DNA of 25,496 nucleotides. Origin: a virus. Its lineage: Duplodnaviria > Heunggongvirae > Uroviricota > Caudoviricetes. Positions within the stretch are counted from its first letter, which is position 1, and each line of letters begins with the position of its first letter. The position numbers and the translations under genes were made by a program. The stretch spans positions 1-25,496 of IMG/VR virus record IMGVR_UViG_2724679539_000001. One strand, written 5' to 3'. Positions 17,072-25,496 of this stretch are shown here, in pieces. A model generated the notes under the pieces. That model was not told where the DNA came from. It saw nothing but the letters and a program-made list of their open reading frames with translations, and ran no database searches.

Positions 17072-19449
17072 TTAATACTCTCCCCCATTTGCGCATCAGT
17101 TAATTCTTTATGCCATATTCTGAAATTCCTGATGTGTCCAAACAAATGACGTAACCCGGCTGTAGTCTGGCCTCCAATACGGATAATTGCGGTGTTCTGA
17201 ATATAAGACCATGTGGTTTTTGTTTCGCTGGATATACGCCCGTTACTTACTGAGCACGTAGACTGATCTGACTTTACACGCATCCCCATAACCATTTTTT
17301 CAAGCGATGCGTTTTCGTTTACCCGTCTGTTAGCCAAACCTATATCACAATAAGGAAATCCGTCGTAATCTGTTGAACGACCGAAGCCAAGAATAATAGC
17401 CGCTCCGGTTTGATGACCGCCGGTATCAAAAACACGCGGTGCTGCATTTGGCGTTTTATACCAGTTCTTATGTACCTCACAAAGAACCGTAAAAGGAAGA
17501 TTATAAAGGTTATTCTTGATTGGGACTGTCACCATATCGCTTGCGCGAGTGCTTGCAGTTATATCAGTTACAATAAATGACGAAGCACTTGATCCACCTT
17601 CCACTTGTGGAGTTGCGATATCCAGATAGTCTCCAGATGCTGTGCCTGAACCTTTTACTGGAGCATATTGAACCATCGCACCAATCATGCTCTCTGTATC
17701 TAGTGCATTAATTGTAGCCTGATAGAAAATCCAACCAGTAGCCTCATCTTTTACAGCTTTTGCAATAATACGATTTGCTGCACCACCAGTCTTATCAATT
17801 ACAAGTGTTGATAAATTGAGGTAAGCATCTCCCAAAAAAGTGTAAGTAGAACCATCATGATGTTCAAATCTTAAACGACACCTTATATTTTCAACATCAC
17901 TTCTGACACGGCATGAAATGGTCACATATTTTTCATCACCTGTGACATCAAATCCTTTACTGCCAGAAACCGTTGCGATATTAATCGCACTTGTCTGATC
18001 AATAAGAGTATCTTTTACAGTAAATCTCCCATAAGTAAAATTAAATGAATCCGTGGATATTTCTGTGAGTTCCAGATTGCCTGACTTATTCCATTTAGAT
18101 GGATTTGTTGAATTAAGCAGAAGATTAGTTCTTTGCCCCTCAATAAGCAGGCCATCACGTTCAAACCGTGGCTCGTCAATGGCAGCCTCTGTCAGCACAC
18201 CAGATTTATTAATGTAAGTTGCTTTTGATGCGCGTTTAAACTTTACAACCTTATCGCCAGGCATCGTTATTTCATCATCACCAATAACAATCTTTTTATA
18301 TGACGGCGAAAAGCCCGTAATCATATCCAGCGAATCGTTAAATGGTATCCACACATCGGGAAGCGGCTGCAAAACTTGTTTATACGGCTCCGCAGCCTGG
18401 CTTGCATACTCTCTGGCTGCGTCTTCACTTGCTTTTGCAGCCGTCTGGCTTGCTGCGGATGCTTTCGCCGAGTTAGCCGCCGCAGTCTCGCTCGCCTTTG
18501 CATTGGTTTCACTGGTTTTTGCTGCTTTTTGACTGTTGGCTGATGCAGTGGCAGAAGCAGCCGCCGCGCTTGCAGAACTGGCTGCGGCACTCTCGCTTTG
18601 AGCCGCTGCATCCTGACTGCTTTTCGCCGCAGTTTCACTGGCTTTGGCATTCGTTTCGCTGGTCTTCGCTGCCGTCTGGCTGGACTTTGCGTTAGTTTCA
18701 CTCGTCTTCGCAGCTTTCTGGCTGTTAGCCGTAGCAGTTGCTGATCCAGCTGCTGAAGTCGCAGAACCGGCTGCCGCGCTCTCGCTTTGGGCTGCTGCAA
18801 CCTGGCTGTTTTTTGCCGCAGTTTCACTGGCTTTGGCATTCGTTTCGCTGGTCTTCGCTGCCGTCTGGCTGGACTTTGCGTTGGTTTCGCTCGTCTTTGC
18901 GGCTGTCTCGCTATTTTTCGCGTTGGTTTCTGATTTTTTAGCTGCTGTTGCGGAGTTTGCCGATGCAGTCTGCGAGGCCGCTGCCGCCTGTGCGCTGTTA
19001 GCTGCATTCGTTTCTGAGGTTTTCGCCGCGTTCTTCGATGATGCCGCTGCAGTTTCGGATTTCTTTGCCGCCGCTGCGCTCTGAGAGGCGGCTTCAGCGT
19101 TGCGTGCCGCTTCTTCCACCATTTCCTCAAAACGACGCAATGCCTCCGGCATGACATCATCTTCCGTCATGGCACCGAGAAAATCATTCAGCGTACCTGG
19201 TCTGGAACCTTCATAGACGGTAATGGTCCCGGCATGTGAAGGCGGAAAACCTTCAACCAGCAGGGTGACGCTGTACTGACCATACTCAACATCCATGCTG
19301 TAACGCCCGGCTTCATCCGGATTTTCAGAGGCCACCGTGTTCACCAGTACCGTGGTGCTGTTACGCTTTGCCTTCAGTTGAATAGTGCAGTTCTGTATTG
19401 GTTTTCCCGCACCATCTTTCAGCACACCTGAGATTTTTACTGCTGCCAT
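17068..19449 (-). CDS. stf: Stf-like side tail fibre protein (mirror copy)
   Basis: Protein identical to the 6048-8429 ORF. Confidence 0.85.
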   Translation of the reverse strand: MAAVKISGVLKDGAGKPIQNCTIQLKAKRNSTTVLVNTVASENPDEAGRYSMDVEYGQYSVTLLVEGFPPSHAGTITVYEGSRPGTLNDFLGAMTEDDVMPEALRRFEEMVEEAARNAEAASQSAAAAKKSETAAASSKNAAKTSETNAANSAQAAAASQTASANSATAAKKSETNAKNSETAAKTSETNAKSSQTAAKTSETNAKASETAAKNSQVAAAQSESAAAGSATSAAGSATATANSQKAAKTSETNAKSSQTAAKTSETNAKASETAAKSSQDAAAQSESAAASSASAAAASATASANSQKAAKTSETNAKASETAAANSAKASAASQTAAKASEDAAREYASQAAEPYKQVLQPLPDVWIPFNDSLDMITGFSPSYKKIVIGDDEITMPGDKVVKFKRASKATYINKSGVLTEAAIDEPRFERDGLLIEGQRTNLLLNSTNPSKWNKSGNLELTEISTDSFNFTYGRFTVKDTLIDQTSAINIATVSGSKGFDVTGDEKYVTISCRVRSDVENIRCRLRFEHHDGSTYTFLGDAYLNLSTLVIDKTGGAANRIIAKAVKDEATGWIFYQATINALDTESMIGAMVQYAPVKGSGTASGDYLDIATPQVEGGSSASSFIVTDITASTRASDMVTVPIKNNLYNLPFTVLCEVHKNWYKTPNAAPRVFDTGGHQTGAAIILGFGRSTDYDGFPYCDIGLANRRVNENASLEKMVMGMRVKSDQSTCSVSNGRISSETKTTWSYIQNTAIIRIGGQTTAGLRHLFGHIRNFRIWHKELTDAQMGESIK
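18568..18901 (-). repeat. Internal 189-bp tandem repeat inside stf (mirror copy)
   Basis: Mirror of 6596-6929. Confidence 0.85.
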
Positions 19450-19513
19450 ATCCACTCCACAAAAAAGCCCGCCTGAACCGGCGGGCTGTCATAACACTGT
19501 GTTACCTGGCTAA

Positions 19514-20113
19514 TCAGAACTTATAACCGACACCCACGATGAAACCGTCAGTGCGCCAGTCGCCACTGCCGGAGCCTTCATAAGCAATATCAATGGCCAC
19601 GGATTCGGTCGGGTTAAACTGCACGCCAGCTCCCCACGCCAGAGACGTGTTGCTGTGGCGATCGTCATCACTTCCGGTCAGCACATCGTGCGTTTTCCCC
19701 TTGTTGTCAGTTACGCGGAGATAATCCCCGGAGAACGTCGAAACACGGCTGTAAGCCACACCTGCCATCGCATAAGCACTGAACCATTCATTCACGCGTA
19801 CAGATGGCCCCGCCATCATGCTGAACCAGCGGTTACGCACGGAATCTTCATGCCAGCGGGTATCGCTGTAATGCGTTTTTTGCTCATCTTTGGCATTGGC
19901 ATAACTGAATGACGTCACCAGCCCCAGCGTGTCCGTAAATTCATAACGGTATTTCACGTTAATGCCCTTCAGGTCATCACTGCCTGGCATATCAGTATGG
20001 GCCTGAAGATACCCGGCGCTTAGTGTGGACTGATGCTCTGCTGCGCTCGCTGGCGTACCAGCGGCAACCAGCCAGACTACTGCGGACAGAATAACAGCAC
20101 ATAATTTACGCAT
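19514..20113 (-). CDS. lom: Lom-like outer membrane protein (mirror copy)
   Basis: Protein identical to the 5384-5983 ORF. Confidence 0.9.
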   Translation of the reverse strand: MRKLCAVILSAVVWLVAAGTPASAAEHQSTLSAGYLQAHTDMPGSDDLKGINVKYRYEFTDTLGLVTSFSYANAKDEQKTHYSDTRWHEDSVRNRWFSMMAGPSVRVNEWFSAYAMAGVAYSRVSTFSGDYLRVTDNKGKTHDVLTGSDDDRHSNTSLAWGAGVQFNPTESVAIDIAYEGSGSGDWRTDGFIVGVGYKF

Positions 20114-20180
20114 AATTACCTCTCGCTTTTCTGCAATAAAAAAGGCGTCATTTCTGACGCCCGTATTGGGGTTATAAAAT

Positions 20181-23100
20181 TCAGCTGATACTGATGCCTG
20201 CGGTGGCTTTCTTCATCACCACAACCAGCAAATCGCTGATACTTGCTGTGGGATACCAGCCATTTACCCACCATGCTGATACCGAAAACTCCAGTGTCAT
20301 TACGCCACTGCCTGCAGGCATATCAATAACACCCGTGTAAATCAGAGTATTATCCAGAGCCGTTCGGTTATAAATTTCAGCCCCGTTTTTCTTCACTATC
20401 AGGCGGCATGACGAATAAGTATCGCTATTCTCCCGTTCATGTCTGGCACCGCTGAAAGCCACCGCTGGAATAACAATCTGCCGGTCAAACGGCTGATCGT
20501 CATAAACCCTGACGGTAATGGTCCCTGATGGCCACCGTTCCGGTGCACGGGAGTCACGGGGGAAAGCTTTGCCCACTGTTTTAACGAGATCGCCTTCAAT
20601 CTGGTTCGCGGACAGTTTTCCCAGAACCCGGCAGTTCTCGTTAATCGTGACGTTGTTGAGCGTCCCGGAGTTCGCATTCACGTTACCGCTGATATCGGCA
20701 TTTTTTGCCGTCAGCCGCCCGTCCGGTGTCAGGGAAAATGCCGGAGGATTACCGCCGCTGGTAATGGTGGGAGCCGTCAGATATTTCAGGAACACTTCAT
20801 TCATAAATATCTGATCGCCCTGACCAACAAACATCGGCTTTGTGTTGCCATTCGCAGGATTAATCATCGCAATCCTGTCCGCCGCCAGCAGCACCTGACT
20901 CTGCATACCGTCAGGGGTATTCTCAATACCGGCACCAATACCCGCGATATAAAGGCGTCCGTCCTGCATCTGCTGCAGCTTCACAGCCCACATGCTGTTC
21001 AGGTTATTATTTGTATCAACCTGAACCTTCTGTATCTGCTGAATTGCCGCACTCTGGTCTTCCAGTTTCTTATTGACGGTCTGCGTGATTTCATTGCTGA
21101 CATCCGTAATGGACGTCCTGATTTCAGCCAGGTCAGGCGCAAGCTGACCGTTATCAATCTGCGTCCACAGCTCCTGAGCCAGATGGCTTTTCCCTATCTC
21201 TCCTTTGAAAAAATCCAGATAGCCGGATGCATCATCACTCGGCTGGCCAACAGCCTCCACAAATGCCGATTTGCCAACGGTGTTCACACTGCGGATGTAA
21301 AAATAATAATCATGGCCCGGTTTGATATTGATACTGGCGGCTATCCAGTACAGCGCCGTGCCAAGATAGCGGGCTGTGGTTTCAACCTGCCTGATATCGG
21401 TAATCCGCTTTTCCGAGAACCAGAACTCAAACTGTACCGTCGGGTCATAAATGGCAAGATGCGGCGTGGCGGTTATCTGAAAATAGCCCGGCGTCAGCTC
21501 AATCCTCGACGGTGCTGCCGGTGCGGCAATCCGGAACGATACCGACGCCGCATCGCCCTGCTGCCCCCACGCATTTACCGCCCGGACTGTCAGCCTGTAG
21601 TTCCCCAGCGCCAGTTGCGTGAAGCGGTATGTGGTTTCCGTCGTCCGGGCCGTGCTGACCAGCCGCTCACTGCCGTCGTCCGCTGTTACGGTCAGACGGA
21701 GCAGGAAGCTCACGCCCTTCACCACCTTCGGTGTGTCCCATCGCGCCAGCACCTGATATTCCCCGCTGTCTGCAGTGACTTCTGCGGTCAGGTGCTGCAC
21801 CGCTGGCGGCGTGACACCATTCACCGTGCCACTCTGTTCGCCGTCAAAGTGCGCCCCGTTATCCACGATGGCCTCTTTTTCCGGCACATGCTGCACGGCG
21901 GTGATGGCATACGTGCCGTCGTCGTTCTCACGGATACTCACGCAGCGGAACAGGCGCTGGCGCAGCGTCGGCAGCTTCAGCCCCCATACGCTGTATTCAG
22001 CAACACCCTCAGGAACACGGCTCACTTTTACCTTCACGCCGTCGTTGACGGACTGAACCTCCACGCTGACCGGATTGCCACTTCCGTCAACCAGGCTTAT
22101 CAGCGTGGTACCGGAGGATGGCAGCGTGATTTCACGGTCGAGCGTCAGCGTCCGGGTCTGGCTGTTCACCGCCAGCACACGACCACCGGTGCTGATACCG
22201 GCATAGTCATCATCGCAGATTTCAATAACATCGCCCGGTACATGGCGAAGCCCTTCTGCGCCGACGCTGAAATCCACGGTCTGCGTCTCCAGCAGCTCCG
22301 TTTTAATCAGCCACAGCCCGGCGCGGTGTGCCTGCCCCCGGCTGGTACAGCCAAAGGCATCCATCTTCGTAACATTACGACCGTAACGGGCAATGGCCTG
22401 CGTATCTTCAACAAGCTCTGTCGCCGTCTCCCAGCCGTTGTTCGGGTCAATCCAGTTCACCTCAACGGCATTATGGCGGTCTTTCAGGGCGCTGAAGCTG
22501 TAGCGGAACGGCGCGCCATCATCCGGCATCACCACATTACTGCGGTTATAGGTCCACGCCTTATCCGACGGTCGGTCCTGCACGAACGTCAGCGTCTGCC
22601 CGTTCCATACCGGCATACAGCGCATCGCCGAGCAGAAATCACTGAGAACGTCCCACGCCTTGCGCTGTGTGGTCAGGTACGCATTACAGGTGATGCGCGG
22701 CTCCGTGCCGCCAAAGCCGTCCGGCACTGACTGGTCGCAGTACTGGCCGATGACATACAGCGCCCATTTGTCCACATCCGCCGCACCAAGACGTTTCCCC
22801 ATGCCGTAGCGCGGATGGGTCAGCATATCCCACAGACACCAGGCCATGTTGTTGCTGTATGCTGGCTTAAACGTTCCGTCCCAGATACCGCTGTATTGCC
22901 GCGTCTGCGGGTTATAATTCGACGGCACCTGCAGAATGCGCCCGCGAAGATGATAATTACGGCTCACCTGCTGGCTGCCGAACTGCTCCGAATCCACCTG
23001 CACGCCGACCAGTGCCGTGTTCGGGTAGCACTGTTTCACATCGATGATTTCGGTGTATGACGACCAGAGCGTTTTGTTCTGCAGCTGGTCTGTGGTGCTG

Positions 23101-23660
23101 TCCGGCGTCATTCTGCGCATCCGGATATTAAACGGGCGCGGCGGCAGGTTATCCACCACCACCGAGGCCAGATACTGCGAGGTGGTTTTGCCCTTAATGG
23201 TGATATCTTTTTCCGTCACCCAGCCACCATTACGCTGTATCTGAACCAGCAGGCGAACTTCCGACGGATTCCGGTCCCCCTTTGAGGTGGTTTCCACCAG
23301 TGCCTGCACACCGAAGGTAAAGCGCAGTCGGTCGATGTTTGCCGACGTGATGGCGCGGGTGATCGGCGTGTCGTATTTCACTTCCGTACCCAACACCGTC
23401 TCGGAGCCGGAGGATTCAAACCCCTCCGGCGGTGTCTGCTCCTGCTCACCGGCACGGAACACCACCGTGACACCGGAGATGTTGGTATTCCCCTCAGTGT
23501 CCAGCACCGGCGTACTGTTCAGCAGCACGCTTTTTAATCCATCCACCGGACCTTCAACCGGCCCTTCGCTGATGGCATCGATCACACTCAGCAACTGCGT
23601 GGACTTCAGGTTGTCCTTCGCTTCGCGCGGGGTATGCCCCTTACTGCTTCCTTTACTCAT
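20181..23660 (-). CDS. J: Host specificity protein J (mirror copy)
   Basis: Protein identical to the 1837-5316 ORF. Confidence 0.95.
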   Translation of the reverse strand: MSKGSSKGHTPREAKDNLKSTQLLSVIDAISEGPVEGPVDGLKSVLLNSTPVLDTEGNTNISGVTVVFRAGEQEQTPPEGFESSGSETVLGTEVKYDTPITRAITSANIDRLRFTFGVQALVETTSKGDRNPSEVRLLVQIQRNGGWVTEKDITIKGKTTSQYLASVVVDNLPPRPFNIRMRRMTPDSTTDQLQNKTLWSSYTEIIDVKQCYPNTALVGVQVDSEQFGSQQVSRNYHLRGRILQVPSNYNPQTRQYSGIWDGTFKPAYSNNMAWCLWDMLTHPRYGMGKRLGAADVDKWALYVIGQYCDQSVPDGFGGTEPRITCNAYLTTQRKAWDVLSDFCSAMRCMPVWNGQTLTFVQDRPSDKAWTYNRSNVVMPDDGAPFRYSFSALKDRHNAVEVNWIDPNNGWETATELVEDTQAIARYGRNVTKMDAFGCTSRGQAHRAGLWLIKTELLETQTVDFSVGAEGLRHVPGDVIEICDDDYAGISTGGRVLAVNSQTRTLTLDREITLPSSGTTLISLVDGSGNPVSVEVQSVNDGVKVKVSRVPEGVAEYSVWGLKLPTLRQRLFRCVSIRENDDGTYAITAVQHVPEKEAIVDNGAHFDGEQSGTVNGVTPPAVQHLTAEVTADSGEYQVLARWDTPKVVKGVSFLLRLTVTADDGSERLVSTARTTETTYRFTQLALGNYRLTVRAVNAWGQQGDAASVSFRIAAPAAPSRIELTPGYFQITATPHLAIYDPTVQFEFWFSEKRITDIRQVETTARYLGTALYWIAASINIKPGHDYYFYIRSVNTVGKSAFVEAVGQPSDDASGYLDFFKGEIGKSHLAQELWTQIDNGQLAPDLAEIRTSITDVSNEITQTVNKKLEDQSAAIQQIQKVQVDTNNNLNSMWAVKLQQMQDGRLYIAGIGAGIENTPDGMQSQVLLAADRIAMINPANGNTKPMFVGQGDQIFMNEVFLKYLTAPTITSGGNPPAFSLTPDGRLTAKNADISGNVNANSGTLNNVTINENCRVLGKLSANQIEGDLVKTVGKAFPRDSRAPERWPSGTITVRVYDDQPFDRQIVIPAVAFSGARHERENSDTYSSCRLIVKKNGAEIYNRTALDNTLIYTGVIDMPAGSGVMTLEFSVSAWWVNGWYPTASISDLLVVVMKKATAGISIS

Positions 23661-23720
23661 TCCTCACGCTCCATAAATGACAAAACCGCCCGCAGGCGGT
23701 TTCACATAAAACATTTTGCA

Positions 23721-24392
23721 TCAGCGACCAATCACCACAACCTGACCACCGTCCCCTTCGTCTGCCGTGCTGATCTCCTGAGAAACCACGCGTGACCCCA
23801 CGCGCATTTCCCCGTACAGAACAGGCAGAACATTGCCCTGGGCAACCATGTTATCCAGTGAGGAGAAATAGGTGTTCTGCTTACCGTTATCCGTTGTCTG
23901 TGTACGGGGAGTTCTGGCTTTCGGTGCCAGCATCTGCGCCACACCACCGAGGACCATACTGGCACCGAGAGAAAACAGGATGCCGGTCATACCACCGGCC
24001 CCAATGGCTGCCCCCCATGCTGCAAGGGTGGCTCCGGCGGTAAAGAATGATCCGGCAATGGCGGCAGCCCCCAGGACAATCTGGAATACGCCACCTGACT
24101 TGGCCCCGGCGACTCTGGGAACAATATGAATCACAGCGCCATCAGGCAGAGTCTCATGTAACTGCGCCGTTAACCCGGACGTGCTGACGTCCCGCCCGGC
24201 AATCCGTACCTGATACCAGCCGTCGCTCAGTTTCTGACGAAACGCCGGGAGCTGTGTGGCCAGTGCCCGGATGGCTTCAGCCCCCGTTTTCACACGAAGG
24301 TCGATGCGGCGACCAAATCGTTGTAAATCCCCGTAAAGGCAGATGCGCGCCATGCCCGGTGACGCCAGAGGGAGTGTGTGCGTCGCTGCCAT
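23721..24392 (-). CDS. I: Tail tip assembly protein I (mirror copy)
   Basis: Protein identical to the 1105-1776 ORF. Confidence 0.88.
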   Translation of the reverse strand: MAATHTLPLASPGMARICLYGDLQRFGRRIDLRVKTGAEAIRALATQLPAFRQKLSDGWYQVRIAGRDVSTSGLTAQLHETLPDGAVIHIVPRVAGAKSGGVFQIVLGAAAIAGSFFTAGATLAAWGAAIGAGGMTGILFSLGASMVLGGVAQMLAPKARTPRTQTTDNGKQNTYFSSLDNMVAQGNVLPVLYGEMRVGSRVVSQEISTADEGDGGQVVVIGR

Positions 24393-25033
24393 TTGTCGGT
24401 GTACCTCTCTCGTTTGCTCAGTTGTTCAGGAATATGGTGCAGCAGCTCACCGTCACCACAGTAAATGGCGGCATGATTCGGCACCGATGAACCAAAACAG
24501 CACAGCAGCACATCGCCCGGCTGCGCCGCTGACAACGGCACCTGATACAGCCCTGTGGCCTCCAGATTATCCAGATAGAGATTCTGACCGTGACGCCACC
24601 AGTCATCCCCGCGATGAAAATCCGGCATCTCAATCCCCGCCAGATGATAAGCATCCCGGAACAGCGTGTAACAGTCCGTCACCCCGTGCTCAAAGCGCCG
24701 CCCGGTGAGATGCGGCACACAGCGGAACTTATGAATCGCCCCCCGGCAGACCAGCCACCACGGCAAATCACTCTGCACCTGCAGCCGCCGGTCAGCCTCA
24801 CTCTGCCAGGGCAGACCACCGGGGTGGCTGTGGACCAGCGCCACAATCTCACCCTGCATTTCTGCCTGCAGCCAGTCCTCCGGAGCCATCCGGAAATAAT
24901 CCTCCGGCTCACCGGAAATATTCACGCCGGGAAAATATCTTTCCCCCTCCGGCGTGCTTACCACGAAGCCGCACGACTCCGCTGGCGCACATCGCCGGGC
25001 GTGCGCCAGAATCGCTGATTCTGTCTGTGTCAT
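24290..25033 (-). CDS. K: Tail tip assembly protein K (mirror copy)
   Basis: Protein identical to the 464-1207 ORF. Confidence 0.88.
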   Translation of the reverse strand: MTQTESAILAHARRCAPAESCGFVVSTPEGERYFPGVNISGEPEDYFRMAPEDWLQAEMQGEIVALVHSHPGGLPWQSEADRRLQVQSDLPWWLVCRGAIHKFRCVPHLTGRRFEHGVTDCYTLFRDAYHLAGIEMPDFHRGDDWWRHGQNLYLDNLEATGLYQVPLSAAQPGDVLLCCFGSSVPNHAAIYCGDGELLHHIPEQLSKRERYTDKWQRRTHSLWRHRAWRASAFTGIYNDLVAASTFV

Positions 25034-25038
25034 GGGAT

Positions 25039-25496
25039 TTACTGCGAAAGTTTGTTAATGGAAAGGAAGCCGCCAAAGTTGCCGACGTTATTGCGGAACT
25101 TACAACCGCTCAGGCATTTGCTGCATTTATCCTTCGTGATATCGGACGTTGGCTGGTCATATTCATCCGCGACTGCCGGACCGTGATAACCGCACTCATC
25201 ACCGCGATAGGTCCAGGTGCAGGTGTTGGCCAGCATGATACGTCCCGGAAAAACAGCACCGTCCGTTTCCGTCGGCGTGGACAGTACAAAAGAGGCACTC
25301 ACCGCGCTCAGTTCGCTGCACTGCTCAATGCGCCAGCGGCTGATCACCTCCTGCTCCGGATCGGCGCCACTGTTTCCGTTGACGAAGTTCACCGCATCCA
25401 GAAAACGGGCGTAAACCTTACGCCGGACCACCGTTCCACCGACCAGACTCTGCAGATCTTCCGCCATCCCGGTGACCATAATGTATAAGTGTGTAA
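25039..25496 (-). CDS. L: Tail tip protein L, 5'-truncated by the window edge (mirror copy); the last 17 nt diverge from the left-end copy
   Basis: 25039-25479 encodes a protein identical to 18-458. The codons in 25480-25494 would read THLYI instead of the lambda-like SNLYG. Confidence 0.8.
   Translation of the reverse strand, partial: THLYIMVTGMAEDLQSLVGGTVVRRKVYARFLDAVNFVNGNSGADPEQEVISRWRIEQCSELSAVSASFVLSTPTETDGAVFPGRIMLANTCTWTYRGDECGYHGPAVADEYDQPTSDITKDKCSKCLSGCKFRNNVGNFGGFLSINKLSQ

Larger units (their letters stand above)
1..25496. repeat. Window-spanning inverted repeat (palindrome); arms 18-12748 and 12749-25479, axis between 12748 and 12749
   Basis: Every ORF in the first half has an identical-protein partner on the opposite strand at coordinate 25497-x. 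Spot-checked intergenic stretches (9761-9790 vs 15707-15736, and the centre) are exact reverse complements. Confidence 0.95.

Noticed and set aside
12749-25479. Second arm as an independent second prophage or a diverged paralogous gene set
   Set aside because: Identity to the first arm is exact at protein level for all eleven genes and in the checked non-coding stretches, and the copies are joined precisely at a hairpin-type palindrome. This is one sequence represented twice, not two evolutionary copies.
25027-25488. 153-aa plus-strand ORF at the right end
   Set aside because: Antisense to the mirrored copy of gene L; no independent support.
1-25496. Integrase/attachment site, tRNA or rRNA genes
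   Set aside because: Looked for tyrosine/serine recombinase-like ORFs and tRNA-like structure at module boundaries and found none. All sizeable ORFs are accounted for by tail, accessory and partition functions.

Overview
The 25,496-bp window is a single giant inverted repeat: positions 18-12748 are the exact reverse complement of 12749-25479, as far as the mirrored ORF pairs and the non-coding stretches I spot-checked show, so it holds one ~12.75 kb arm twice, joined head-to-head. Each arm carries a phage-lambda-like tail-tip and host-range module (L truncated at the window edge, K, I, J, lom, an Stf-like side tail fibre), then an AT-rich block of three small or accessory genes, then an F/N15-type sopA-sopB partition operon. 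The symmetry axis (12748|12749) lies in a 56-bp perfect palindrome whose central 22 bp, CCATTATACGCGCGTATAATGG, matches what I recall as the telO core of the phage N15 protelomerase target site. My reading is that this is the structural/partition arm of an N15-like linear plasmid-prophage, read through its covalently closed hairpin telomere or captured as an unresolved head-to-head replication junction. No protelomerase, integrase, repressor or replication gene is in the window; these should lie on the other arm. Only the outermost 17 nt at each end break the mirror symmetry. No rRNA, tRNA or CRISPR array was seen.
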